Positions 10,784-22,795 of a stretch of DNA of 64,000 nt are shown piece by piece. This DNA is from Podarcis bocagei. Taxonomy: Eukaryota. Position 1 is the stretch's first letter. The number at the start of each line of letters is the position of its first letter. Under the pieces are notes generated by a model, which was not told where the DNA came from, searched no databases, and saw only the letters and a program-made list of their open reading frames with translations. The position numbers and the translations under genes are program-made. The stretch lies in the NCBI GenBank assembly GCA_964188305.1, contig OZ076889.1. One strand, written 5' to 3'.

Positions 10784-13700
10784 GGAGAACTTATCAATTT
10801 TGCCAGCAGTGTGCTCTTTTCCTTTCCTTCAAAGCAGATATATATTTTTAATCAGTGCTGGTGCACATAAACCATGCCTTTTGAAACTAACATGGTTTTC
10901 TCTAGCTTTAATTTCAACAGATGTTAGACAGGGGCAGTGGTAGAATTGACAGTGTATCAGATTCACTGGAAACCAAGTGGTTAGATGTTGAAGGAAGTGG
11001 TGATGGGTGGGTGGGGAAGTCATGCAGAAGGAGGGGGTAATACCTTGTCAGACTGTCACCAACCATGCCATGAAGGTAGTTGTGGGCCAATATGGGTCTG
11101 CATTTGAGGTAGACAAGTGAGAAAGTAACTGGAACTGGCAAAGATTCCCAGGTGATCTTCAAACATCTTGCAGGTGGAATCTCTATCTTTCTGTGAAGAG
11201 GTAGCTGCTGTTTCCAGTGACCCCTCCTGCTAATATGAACTGAATAAAATCTTCAAGAAAAGGTGCCATAGTGATCTTGAGTATGCATTCTAAGAGACTG
11301 GATCAGCTTCTCAGATCAATTCACTGTTTATGCCAGCATTGTGAATGTTATATGTGGGAAGAAATAAGCAGCATATTAAATGTTCTTTATGTAAAGAAGT
11401 ATTATGAAGACATGAATTGCTACAGCTTTGACCATTTCCTTTTTATATCATTATTTCCGCTTATTAGCCCTGTCTTGAACCACCATTGACATTGACCTTG
11501 ATGCCCCAAACAGCAATAATCTGTGCAAACCTATGTATATTTATCTACTTAGAAGTCCCACTGTGTTTGATGAGACTTGCTACCTAGTAAGTGTGAATAC
11601 GATTTCAGTCCAAAATTATTTCAAGATGCAAGAACTACACTCTCTGTCAAACATGCCAGATGATAATGTCAGTTGAAATCATCCATTTCCAGATGGTGGT
11701 ATTCTGAGATCTAAGAACTTCAATGAGCATATTAAGTTTTCCATGTAACTTATGAGGATTAATTCCAAATTAAAAATAAATATAAGCAAGCTGTGGGCCA
11801 GTCTCTTTGTATAAACATTTGAAATGACCACAGCAACCTCAGATGGCCCCAGTATTTCCAGTCTGTAGGCACTGGTCAAGTCAAGCTTCTCTAAGATACT
11901 TTAGCTGTTGTAAACAAATAAACAACAACAACAAAAAGGAAATAAATTGAAAATCTGCTCCGAAAGGAATGGTAAAGTAAGGCATCTGTTTAGACCTCTT
12001 TGAAACTCCCAGTCAATACCAGAGTCTTTTCCTATGAAAGTCTGAATTTGTTTGTATTTCATATAAATCAGTTGACCTGGTCTCAGCAGCACTGCCTTTC
12101 AAATTGTTATATTCATTTCATTCCGAGCTTATTTCTTCCACAATTGGTCTCTGAGGTTTTATTTGCTGGTTCATTTCTTTCAGCCTGCAGCAAGCTTTGC
12201 TCTCTTCACCCACCCTCTGCTTCACGCAGCTCTTCTGGGTCTTCTGGTCTACAAAAGGTCAGGTTGTAGTGGTTTGTTTTTAGATTTGGGCATTGGACTG
12301 TTTCCTACTCGTGCCATGCAAACCCAAGCCATTCATTTCAGGAAGAATGCAACACCCTGTAGAAAGGAAAACCTACACAGAAATTATTGGAATGCCTTGA
12401 ACAACACACTTTAATAGAACTGTCCTCGCCTCATATAATGTACCTGCTTCGCATTCAGAAATGTTCATTGGCAAATATAGCAATAATGGACATGACCAAA
12501 CATTCCACAGCTTTTTCTTCCTCTCCAATGGCATATTAATCTTCTCCTTGTTTTCCAATATGATATGCATTCATTATACACCAGAGAAAATGAGTTCAAT
12601 TTAGCTAAGGCTGCAAGGATTGCTCAACTATATCAATTAAATGGTGCAATTAACTGAATAATTTGTATATCAGACATTTGTTAAGTGCATTCAAAGTCTA
12701 TTCCTGGGCTTGTAACAGCAATGTGCAGTTATTCACGGCATTCTTAAACAAAGGAATGTGTTGATTAGTTAGAGAAGATGCTCCTCTTTCAGTTGTTAAT
12801 ACTGGGCCTTATTTCAGTTGCCAGCTCATACTCTGGAGAGCGCAACACAGTTCAACACTGCCGAGAGGTGGTGAGACCTCTTGGCTTCTCCTGCTCTATC
12901 TACTCCATCTCTTTCCTCAGCCTCTTCACATGCAAAGCAAAAATCCTGATAAAATATGAGGAAAAGAACTGAATAGGAGATACTTGGTTTGTTTTTGCAC
13001 CTCTTAAAGGGTTAGTGTAGCAAATTTAGCCTTATTGCTTCTATAGGCGTCTTTGCTCTGTGACCATTGCAAGCTGCATTGTACCCAAGATGCAGTGCAA
13101 AGCTCCCTGATGCAGCACCAGAATTCTGCCCAAATGTTGATGCTTTAACAGGATTATGCATAAAGGGGGCTTTTAGTCTCCCCTTTTTGGTGGCAGTCCC
13201 CACAAAGACACCTCTAAAGTTTAGAGGGCACATGCATAAAAATGCATGTATTGGTGATAACAACATTGAAGACTGCATGATTATAGTAGGGTAAATTGCT
13301 TGCAGAAATGTGTATATGGGGCAATCCAATCCAAGAGTTTACCTCACCTCTCTGCACCAGAAGTGGGATAATAGTTAAATATTGGCTCCTGCCTTTATGT
13401 CCGCCCCCCACAATTGAATTTTGTCAGTGCGGGAGGTGTGCCAGGGAGGAGGGATTGAACCCATCTTCCTTCATGCAATTTGGTTGTGTATGACTCTGCT
13501 GCTGTGGATCTCTATTGATCTTACATACAAAGCTCAAAGGCTGTGTCCCATTGAATCCCTTCACAAAGGGAATGAACATAAGAAACAGTATTGGTAAAAC
13601 ATAATGAAATGAAACTAGAAAGATAAAGCCAAATTCATGTTCCAGACTCATGCTGTTTTCATCTTTGTAGGTCAACTGTGCTGCAAAAATCAAAATTTAT

Positions 13701-13898
13701 ACATAGTTGTGTAGGGCAAGGAGATACGGGGGGGGGGGGAAGCTTGGTGAATGAAGTTAAAGGAAAATGAATAGTAAATGGATCTATATTGTGAAACAAA
13801 AAGTACCACCTGGGTCAAGCTGTTGTTTCATCTACAGCAGCTTGACCCAAAAAACAGTTCTTACCCAGGTTCTGGGAAAGCTTGGATGTGTGAGTGTT

Positions 13899-15043
13899 TA
13901 GAATCATAGAATCATAGAATCATAGAATCATAGAGTTGGAAGAGACCACAAGGGCCATCGAGTCCAACCCCCTGCCAAGCAGGAAACACCATCAGAGCAC
14001 TCCTGACATATGGTTGTCAAGCCTCTGCTTAAAGACCTCCAAAGTAGGAGACTCCACCACACTCCTTGGCAGCAAATTCCACTGTCGAACAGCTCTTACT
14101 GTCAGGAAGTTCTTCCTAATGTTTAGGTGGAATCTTCTTTCTTGTAGTTTGGATCCATTGCTCCGTGTTCGCTTCTCTGGAGCAGCAGAAAACAACCTTT
14201 CTCCCTCCTCTATGTGACATCCTTTTATATATTTGAACATGGCTATCATATCACCCCTTAACCTCCTCTTCTCCAGGCTAAACATGCCCAGCTCCCTTAG
14301 CCGTTCCTCATAAGGCATCGTTTCCAGGCCTTTGACCATTTTGGTTGCCCTCCTCTGGACACGTTCCAGTTTGTCAGTGTCCTTCTTGAATTGTGGTGCC
14401 CAGAACTGGACACAGTACTCCAGGTGTGGTCTGACCAGAGCAGAATACAGTGGCACTATTACTTCCCTTGATCTAGATGCTATACTCCTATTGATGCAGC
14501 CCAGAATTGCATTGGCTTTTTTAGCTGCCGCATCACACTGTTGGCTCATGTCAAGTTTGTGGTCAACCAAGACTCCTAGATCCTTTTCACATGTACTGCT
14601 CTCAAGCCAGGTGTCACCCATCTTGTATTTGTGCCTCTCATTTTTTTTGCCCAAGTGCAATACTTTACATTTCTCCCTGTTAAAATTCATTTTGTTTGTT
14701 TTTGCCCAGTTCTCTAATCTGTCAAGGTCGTTTTGAAGTGTGATCCTGTCCTCTGGGGTGTTAGCCACCCCTCCCAGTTTGGTGTCATCTGCAAATTTGA
14801 TCAGGATGCCCTTGAGTCCATCATCCAAGTCGTTGATAAAGATGTTAAATAAGACCGGGCCCAAGACAGAACCCTGTGGCACCCCACTAGTCACTCTTCT
14901 CCAGGATGAAGAGGAACCATTGATGAGCACCCTTTGGGTTCGGTCAGTCAGCCAGTTACAAATCCACTGAGTGGTAGCAGAGTCAAGACCGCATTTTACC
15001 AGCTTCTTTACAAGAATATCATGGGGCACCTTGTCAAATGCTT
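13899..15043 (-). mobile_element. CR1 LINE, 5'-truncated young copy (~1.15 kb)
   Basis: Encodes CR1-type ORF2 (see CDS). The 3' end carries four tandem TAGAATCA units at 13899-13930, i.e. (TGATTCTA)n on the minus strand, the typical CR1 octamer tail. The 5' end breaks off within the RT motif KAFDKVPH. Confidence 0.97.
13992..15029 (-). CDS. CR1 ORF2 fragment: reverse transcriptase domain plus C-terminal region (not an autonomous gene)
   Basis: 345 codons with no stop. Contains [14 protein letters not shown], catalytic FADD ([10 protein letters not shown]), [40 protein letters not shown] and WNLLP, all hallmark CR1 ORF2 motifs. The track's start is an internal codon. Confidence 0.95.
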   Translation of the reverse strand: MPHDILVKKLVKCGLDSATTQWICNWLTDRTQRVLINGSSSSWRRVTSGVPQGSVLGPVLFNIFINDLDDGLKGILIKFADDTKLGGVANTPEDRITLQNDLDRLENWAKTNKMNFNREKCKVLHLGKKNERHKYKMGDTWLESSTCEKDLGVLVDHKLDMSQQCDAAAKKANAILGCINRSIASRSREVIVPLYSALVRPHLEYCVQFWAPQFKKDTDKLERVQRRATKMVKGLETMPYEERLRELGMFSLEKRRLRGDMIAMFKYIKGCHIEEGERLFSAAPEKRTRSNGSKLQERRFHLNIRKNFLTVRAVRQWNLLPRSVVESPTLEVFKQRLDNHMSGVL

Positions 15044-15161
15044 AATGTTTAATATGTGTATGAAAAATAATAATGAATGATGAAACAGAGTTTTACTGTG
15101 TTTGACAGTAAACTCCTAGGGCCTAGAACATAAATGTTTGCAATACAGTTTGTTTGCCTTT

Positions 15162-15196
15162 AACACACACACACACATATACATACACACAGAGAG

Positions 15197-15242
<46 letters not shown>
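15162..15242. repeat. Compound (CA)n/(GA)n microsatellite
   Basis: Direct observation. Confidence 0.95.
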
Positions 15243-15245
<3 letters not shown>

Positions 15246-16969
15246 TGCAGATGACATTTAGGGTGGTAGAAAAGACAAAAACAAAGCTTGAACAAACTGT
15301 CAGGCTCATTGACCTTATCTACCTTACAATACTAAAAACCTAAATAAATACGCAGAGACCTGGGCAGGTCATGGCAAGAGAACTGACTTGCCTCGCTTGC
15401 CTTGGTCTGTTTGAAAACTGGCTCAGTGAATCTTCAGGAAACAAGGCAAAGCCTGCAAAGAGTGTTTCTTAAGCTGGGTTTGTAGACAGTGGTGAATTCT
15501 TAGCACTCATGAAACCACCAGAACAAAAGAACTTTGATGTCCATTGGGGGGACATCAAAGGCGTTCTGAAGCAGATATTGACACTGGTAGCCATAGGAGC
15601 TAAGGCTGCAGCTAATAATGGCTTTTCAGATTTGCAATCCAAATATACGTGCATTATTGAATCAAAATGGACAACTCCATAACTTTTGTTGTCAAAATTG
15701 GCTGGAACATTTATCTAGTTTTGCTCAGAGCCTGGTGGCCTCATAGCTCCCTTATGCCCAAGATACCTGGAGTCTGGATTTGTAAACAGGACTCGGGGAC
15801 TGTGTAGCTCACTTGGCCGGATTCCTCTGGAATTGCAATAGATTTTGTTGAGCACCTACACAAATCCCACAGCATGTTCTGCATCTGCAGACAACCAAAC
15901 CCTACCACCAGATTTGGAAAGGCATTCAGTGTCATTTTGATTCAGCATGTGACCGGTCATGTGTTCCTCTTAGTTGCATGCATAGGCTCACAAGCATTCT
16001 GATGCTTTTCACTGCAATTCATGTACCGCATCCTCATCTTTGACTGTTCAAAGTGGCATCACACTTTCAGTTCTATATACACTTGCTTTAGAGTAAGCTC
16101 CATTGACTTCAGTGGGGTTTAGTTTTGAGTAATGAGCATAGCTTTGGTTTGCCCTACCTCCTGGAGCCTGAAATAGCCTTAAAGATCTCCCAGCTTCTTT
16201 GTTTTTCAAGCCCAGAGATGATCCGATTCATTAGAACCACCAGAGAAGATGTTTTCAAGGAAGGAGAGAGGAATTGAATTTTGAGGCAAAAATAACAAAA
16301 CATCTCTAATTTTTACTGCTCTGCATTGAAATAATACATGAGAGAACATGCTGGTTAAAGCCAGAGCTTTATAGATAAAGGTCACATGTTGAATGTTTGC
16401 ATAAATTTGCCGCACAGATTGCTTTGACATGTCACATTCTGTAAGCGCAGGCTCTCTTGTGGTCCTTTAGAGCAGCAGATACACATGCTCACCCTGTATA
16501 GCCATGGAGCATCATTTGCCTCTTGTGAGATGGTTCACTTAAAAGCACAATGCATTTCCATTGAACTGAGAGTAGAGGATTTTTCTTCCTTTTACTTATT
16601 GGCCTTTCTAAGGCAGAACTGCTTTACCTAGCCAAAGATACTATTTTCTTCATATGCGGTTCAAGGGTATGCACATGGGCTTTCAACAGTGTCAGACTCT
16701 AATGCCCTTGCTCTCCTTCTGCTTATTCAGCACCCATTTCCCTAACTTTTTGAGAGCTTGTAGGAGATGATGTGAGTGAGATTACTTGGAACACACAAGA
16801 TGCACCAACCAGACCAACCAAATATGGTATAGAAATTTGTTGTTTTATCCTTCTTTCATTCCAAGGAGCTGAAAGCATCATTTTAGGCACCGCAGCCTTA
16901 TGGCACATTTGGCCGAATACTGTGATTTGTCGAGAGATTCCTCAGTGTGCATGAAGAACAACCACATGT

Positions 16970-17222
16970 CCCTTTTGCCCTGCTCTTTCCATTCACAGGT
17001 TTGCACTTTAAAGCTCTGTGTCTGAACCCCCGCCCCCTTTCCCCTGCGAAAACTCGCTCTTTAAAGCTGAATTGGAGCAAATAGCTATTTGGGTTTTTAA
17101 TGGATTACCATTTGGTCCGATTCAGCTTTAAAGAGTAGCGTATCGTGGAGCAAAAAAAAGGGGGGGGGCTGAGATACAGAGCTTTAAAGTGTAGGTCATG
17201 CCTGGAAAGTGCAGAGGAAAGG
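16970..17222. repeat. ~250-bp imperfect palindrome (fold-back element)
   Basis: Perfect 15-bp outer arms (17004-17018 / 17177-17191) and perfect 16-bp inner arms (17057-17072 / 17120-17135). Confidence 0.85.
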
Positions 17223-17793
17223 TATGGCTAAGCCCTCAGTCCTGTGAATGTTATCTCATAGAACTCAATAAGACATACTTCTGAGGTGATATGCATAGGA
17301 CTGAGAAGTTATTCTCTCTTTCTACACATGCACATAGAAAATACCCATTTTCTTTAGTAGCAAGGGTTGGGAGGGGATTAATGGCAAGTGGGTGGAGAAG
17401 AGCTGGATTCAACTATAGATTATCTTAAAGGCACCATTGCATCCAGTGGCTGTGGGTTCAGTTTTTTAAGCTAGTATTTGCATTGGGGGGAGTGGAAATC
17501 CTCCACTGGTGCCAATGGGTAATTTCCTTCCAAATTAAGAAAAGCACCAGCTTCAGCAAATAAATTTTCCTAGGACCGCAGTGGAGGAGAAAAAAGTTAG
17601 CTGCTCCTCTCTGTATCTCTTATGATTCCATTAACTGACATTCACCCCTCAGCTGATGTGATCTGCATTTTTATAAAATAGAAAATCTGCACACTAGATG
17701 AGCAAAGGGACACTTAATATGTAGCTTGGTCCTCAGCTGCATAGTGTCTTCCACCTCTAGTTAAGGATTGGCACCGCATCTGTATTTGTAGAG

Positions 17794-17821
17794 GTGTGTG
17801 TGTGTGTGTGTGTGTGTGTGT
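17794..17821. repeat. (GT)n microsatellite
   Basis: Direct observation. Confidence 0.95.
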
Positions 17822-19299
17822 TTAAATTAATAAAATCATTTCTGGGTTAGGGATCAATTCCAGAGAAAGAAAGGTATTTGTGGGAGATGGCAGTGTGAGA
17901 GCCTAATTGAACAAGACTGAAGTTCCAGGGATTTGTAAGTGGAACAGGTGAAAATGGCAGTGGCGATAATTTAATACTAATTACTTCCATCCTAGCAACT
18001 GTCTGCCAGGTGCTCTAAAGAACAAGAAAAGAGAGCTAGGCATGCACAGATCCCTTGTCCAGCTTTTCATGACAGGACAGCTGGGGGTAAAGGATCGCTT
18101 TAGCAAAACCTCGGTGCCTATATTGTGAGTTTCATTTTTGCTCACTTTGTCCATCATTTCATTTATTCATTTATTTGCTTCCTTAGTTACATTTATATCA
18201 TGCCTTTCAGTCTAAGACCATTTGCTGTCATGTTTCATAAAGCAGATGAAAAGAAATTAAAATTACCTATGCGAAGCAACACCACAACTGGATCAACATA
18301 TACTATACTGGGGGAGAAGGGAGATGAAATCACAGCAGGAGCATGAAAGCAGAAATGGAGGCACAATAATAAATAAATGCTATGTTAGTTCATTAGTCCT
18401 ATTCTATAAAAAAAGGGGCCACCAAAAAGAGAAAGGTTGGCCCTTGTAGTCCCTGTGATTACAAATGAGAATTTTGGTTTGATTTCTGTCATTCTGTGAC
18501 TTGTTTTCATGTTGCCTCAATGCAAAGCCTTAACACAAAACTCTTGCAGTAGAAGATCCTCAGGGCATAAGAGAGAGAAGAAAAGAGGCAATGTACCTTG
18601 TATGTAAAGAATGTACCCCGAAGGAAGTCTCTCATTAGAAGAGCATCCATGGAAACATGGCATTCAACAGGAAGTAAAACCCCAGCAGCCAAGTTGAAGA
18701 AACCCCTCTTACCTTTGCCACACATCTTAAGAGGCTTCAGTCAATAAGCATGGCTGCTTTCCACAAGCTTTGATTCCAGCACGATGGAGTGCAGAGCAGA
18801 TTGTAGCCATGTCTGCCAAGTAGGTGGCAGAATATTGCTATGGGGAAGGTGACTCATCCTTGCATAAGAGTCAGCCCATGTTCAGCATTCAGCAGCAGCG
18901 CAGTTGGGCACAAAGAAGTACGATATCACTGCTACAATGTTCTCTTTAAAGCCCAGCATAGCAGAGTGACTGGAGCTTTGGGCTTGGATGTGAGAACCCT
19001 CCATTCATTTTGCTGTTCAGCTGAAGCACACTGGGGCAGCCCTGGGCAAGCCATTGTTTCCTGCCCTACTCTGGTTGTGATAGCTAAAACGCTGTTTCAG
19101 TGCTAAGGAAGGAAGGAAAAAACGAACAAGTGTCTCTGATATATAATCCTCTATCCCTTTATCTCCTACAAGTTCTCCAAAAAATAAGCAGAGGAAGAGC
19201 TGTGGCATGTGGGGTTGGCACTGTTGGAAGCCCATGGATGAGCCCTGGGATGTCCTAGCTTTGCTGCTCCATCTCCCCTTTCTTCTTGTTGCCTGGTGA

Positions 19300-19420
19300 A
19301 GTGTTGTTGCTCAGGGATACAGCATCTGCTTTGCTTGCAAAGGATCCCAGCTTCAGTCCCCAACATTGCCAGGAAGTGCTGGGAGAGAACCCTGGAGAGC
19401 TGCTGTAGTCAGCACTTGAG
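19300..19420 (+). mobile_element. Partial copy of the same tRNA-derived SINE
   Basis: GCTCAG...AGCATCTGCTTTGC.TGCA.AGG.TCCCAG.TTCA.TCCCC...ACCCTGGAGAGCTGCTG. Confidence 0.6.
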
Positions 19421-19977
19421 TAATTTAAAAGGTGGATTTCAGAATCCAGTAACAGAATTTTTAGATCAGACTTCAGAATTGATATACCTGTATTATTATT
19501 ATTAATTTTAAAAAACCAAAGCCTGGATACCAGGAATTCAACGTGGTGCTTCTGCGATCACTCCATCAGTACATCAGCTCTCCATGTGCTGTTCTGGGGG
19601 TTCGACTAACCCCTGCAACCTAATTGGGATGAGTGCAGGGGTTGTATGGGGCAAGGAGAGGGAAGGGGAAAGCCCTATAGCACAAGTCCTTGGATGGGTC
19701 CCATTAGATGAATCCATCCCCATTTGGGGGGCATTTTGATGACAAAGCTTGGAGCAGCATCACTGATTCTATGCTGCCAAGGACAATGCAAGAGCTAAAG
19801 ATTATAGCATGACAATGAGACCTCCTCAATCTATTTCCAGGCCCATGCAAAAAAACAAAACCAAAAACCAAATCCAATGGTGTGTCCAACTTTGCATATC
19901 AGATCATGTAAACAAAACTTTCATCGGTCTGCAGTCAGTGCCCCAATCCTTTCTATAATGCAAAAAGCTCTGTGCCA

Positions 19978-20100
19978 TACACACTGACAGGCCAGTGTTC
20001 TCCAGGGTTTGAGGCAAAAGTCTCTCTTAGTCCTAACTGGAGATATTGGGGTTGGGGCTGGGACCTTCAGCATGCAAAGGCGATGCTATGGCCCTTCTCC
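19978..20100 (-). mobile_element. Partial copy of the same tRNA-derived SINE
   Basis: Reverse complement contains CTTTGCATGCTGAAGGTCCCAG...ATCTCCAG...AAACCCTGGAGA. Confidence 0.55.
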
Positions 20101-20271
20101 TAGTTCAAAGATGCCCTACAAGGAATTGATTTGGCTCAACGCAGTTCAGATCATGTGATCTGTTCCAGAGATAATCAAACCCGTGTTGTTTACTATCTCA
20201 TCACAATGGAAACCTGACAAACTGTGTTTTTGTTTATTTTCTTCTCCATGCTCCCCAGGCAATGTGCAGGG

Positions 20272-20408
20272 CAGCCTTTCCGAACTTGGCACCCTCCAGA
20301 TGTCTTAGACTACAACTCCCATCATCCCTGACCATTGGTCTAGCTGGCTGGGACTGATGGGAGTTGGATCTCAACAAGATTTGGAGGGCACCAGATTTGG
20401 GAAGGCTG
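20272..20408. mobile_element. ~135-bp fold-back MITE-like repeat (best copy of a family with at least 6 copies here)
   Basis: CAGCCTTTCC...CCCTCCAGATG...CAACTCCCATCA / TGATGGGAGTTG...TTGGAGGG...GGGAAGGCTG. Relatives at ~6757-6835, 41480-41600, 43055-43185, 44183-44311, 46000-46130 and 54585-54720. Confidence 0.75.
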
Positions 20409-21099
20409 AGGATGTATTATCCTATCACAGTTCTGGCATGGACTGAAATGTCCTAAGCGCTGAACTGTGAAAGAAAAACTGTTAGCCTCTAGGACAAAGT
20501 GGCAATATTTAAATGCATCTCTGGTGCATTGCCTGTGAACAAACATGAAACCTTAAATAGCATACTTAAGAAAGGTTTCATTTTTGTTTTTCAAGAGAAT
20601 GGCCATAGGAGCTCCTGCTGCAATGATTCTATGAGCCAACTGGTTCAGTTAAGCACGCTCCCCACCGCCATCAATTCTGGTTTTGTCGCTTTGTAGGGAT
20701 ATAAAAGAGGAACAGAGAGCAAAAGTACCAGTTGTGCTTTTCCAAGCAGAGCCACGATGAAAGTGGTTTAACGGGGTTCAGGCGGAGAGGGTGCGGCAGC
20801 TTGCCAGTGTTTAAGCCAAAGCAAACTGCTGTCAACATGGAAATGGCTGGAGAGGCTGACCTCATGCCTCCCAGGATTAAGCTGAAATCTTGCTGGCGCC
20901 ATGGTGGGAATATTGAAAGGAGCTGTAATTCTGCCAGTTTGAATGAGCCAAACTGGCAGGGCCCATGCGCACAATCAGCAGCTGAATGGGATCTCTCCCC
21001 CTGCTCGCCCCAATATTAACAAATAAGTAGAAGCTGCTTAGGGCTGTAAGAAAAAAAAGATGCAGGCAGCCAGGGAAGCGGGGGGTGGGGGGGGGGGAA

Positions 21100-21440
21100 G
21101 GCCAAATTGCCTGCTACCTGGAAGAGCGCAATTGTGTGAAGGCTGCTGTTATGAAATTGCTGCACCAGAATAATAGGCGAATTGTTCCAATGCCTTCCAC
21201 TTCTCCTGTGGATTAACTGACTTTACATTATTTCCCAGTGATACATGCTGTATTATTTATTGCCATAATCAGTAAGATCCCAATGCCATAAATAACTCGG
21301 ATCCGACGATGTGACTTTGCTTTATGGACCCACATTAATGGTTTAAATTAGATTTCATAGGAAGCAGCGATTGCTTTGTGTCTTCCACGAAGATGCTCAG
21401 ATTTCCTTGCATCTCAACTCCGGCCCTCCGTCTGTGAAAT
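21100..21440. promoter_or_regulatory. Candidate conserved non-coding enhancer
   Basis: Non-repetitive, retains several CpGs, and dense in TAAT/ATTA, with GCCATAAA (21285-21292) and TTTATGG (21321-21327) posterior HOX/CDX-type motifs. Conservation not tested. Confidence 0.4.
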
Positions 21441-21849
21441 GTTTTTTTTATAGAGAAAGGAGCAGAAATCCTAAAATATATTGACTTGTGTGAGTACAAT
21501 CAACCAAGGGAAGTGTATTACAAGAGGGAGGATCACAGGCCATTTATGTTATGGGGAGCCACTTCCCTCCAAGGATACAAATGGGTGACCTTTACTTGCA
21601 GCGTTAAATGCCCAGGGGTCATTTGTGCAAGACACAGGGAGCTTTAACTGGAACAGGCCAATCTCATAATGGCTGTGTCAGCCGCAGCAGTGCAAGAACA
21701 GGCTTGTGCTGCAGCAGTTAAAATAGCATTTTATGTGATGTTAATGGTGCAGAGTCACACAGATATGTCCTGCTTGCCAAATACATCACCCCCCAAAGAC
21801 ATCTTGGCACCACATGTTGCTGGCACAAAGGGCTATAGCTGGGAAGGAT

Positions 21850-22125
21850 GTGTAAGAGGGCTTCCTTCCCCAGGGAAACTCCAGACCCATTCCTTGAATT
21901 TTCAGCTCTCAGTGAACTGGGTCCTCTGAAGATCCATTTATTTGAGCAGACCTTTAGAGGATATCAATGGTTGACCTGGTTGTGGTATTGCTGTTATTGC
22001 TTCTGCTGGTTTCTTGTTGTTGTTCTGTTCTTCTGTTTTGATTTGTGGCTGATATTGTCATTCCCGTTGTGTTTTATTATACCCTGCCCCGGGATCACTA
22101 CTGCGATGAAGCGGGTGGGGAATAG
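21850..22125 (+). mobile_element. Degraded L2-like 3' end
   Basis: CTGAAGATCCATTTATTTGAGCAG (LKIHLFEQ, like the L2 LKT.LF motif), then a GT-rich UTR and a CCC.GGGATC...GATGAAG.GG terminal motif. Confidence 0.5.
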
Positions 22126-22439
22126 CCATGTCTTTTCAATAAGCCGGTCAGTCGGTAATAGTGGGAAAGGAATTCTGAGGGTTCCAACAGTGCCTGAAAA
22201 TGAAAGGCACCGAGGCTCAGATTAAGTCGGCAGCCGTGCTTTGCTGCTCTTCCCATCCCAGCCACTGTAGGCACTAAAGGGGGGAATTGGGTCCTAGTGC
22301 TGGAATAAAGCTGAGAATTTATTCCCTTGTATCATTCCTATAAATTGTGCACCTTGATGCCAGTGCTACTACATGTTAGAGAAGAAAATCAGAGACAGAA
22401 ATATACAGGCAATACCCAGCTTGGACCACCACATCATAA

Positions 22440-22795
22440 TATAATGATGATGATGATGACAAGAATAATATTTATATGCCACCCATTGGAATGGGTTGCC
22501 CAAGCCACCCTGGGCAGTTTCCAAAGATTAAAACACAGTAAGACACCAAACATCAAAAACTTCCCTATACAACGCTGCCTTCAGATATCTTATAAAAGTC
22601 AGATGGTTGTTTATTTCCTTGACATCTGGTGGGAGGGCGTTCTGCAGGGTGGGTGCGACTACTGAGAAGGCCCTCTGCCTCACTTCTTGCAGTGAGAGAA
22701 CCACCAGAAGGCCCTTAGCGCTGGTCCTCAGTGTCTGGGCTGAATGATGGAGGTGGAGATGTTCCTTCAGGAATGCAGGGTTCAAAGCTGTTTAA
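22440..22795 (-). mobile_element. L2 LINE 3' fragment
   Basis: ORF 22528-22785 reads ...RAFSVVAPTLQNALP...FIRYLKAALY, a decayed L2 ORF2 C-terminus (RAFSxxAPxLWNxLP...FKxxLKT.LF). It is followed by a 3' UTR and a short ATT/ATC-type tail. Confidence 0.85.

Noticed and set aside
13936-14970. Plus-strand ORFs of 93, 134 and 76 aa
   Set aside because: They are antisense shadows of the CR1 ORF2, which commonly leaves open frames on the opposite strand.
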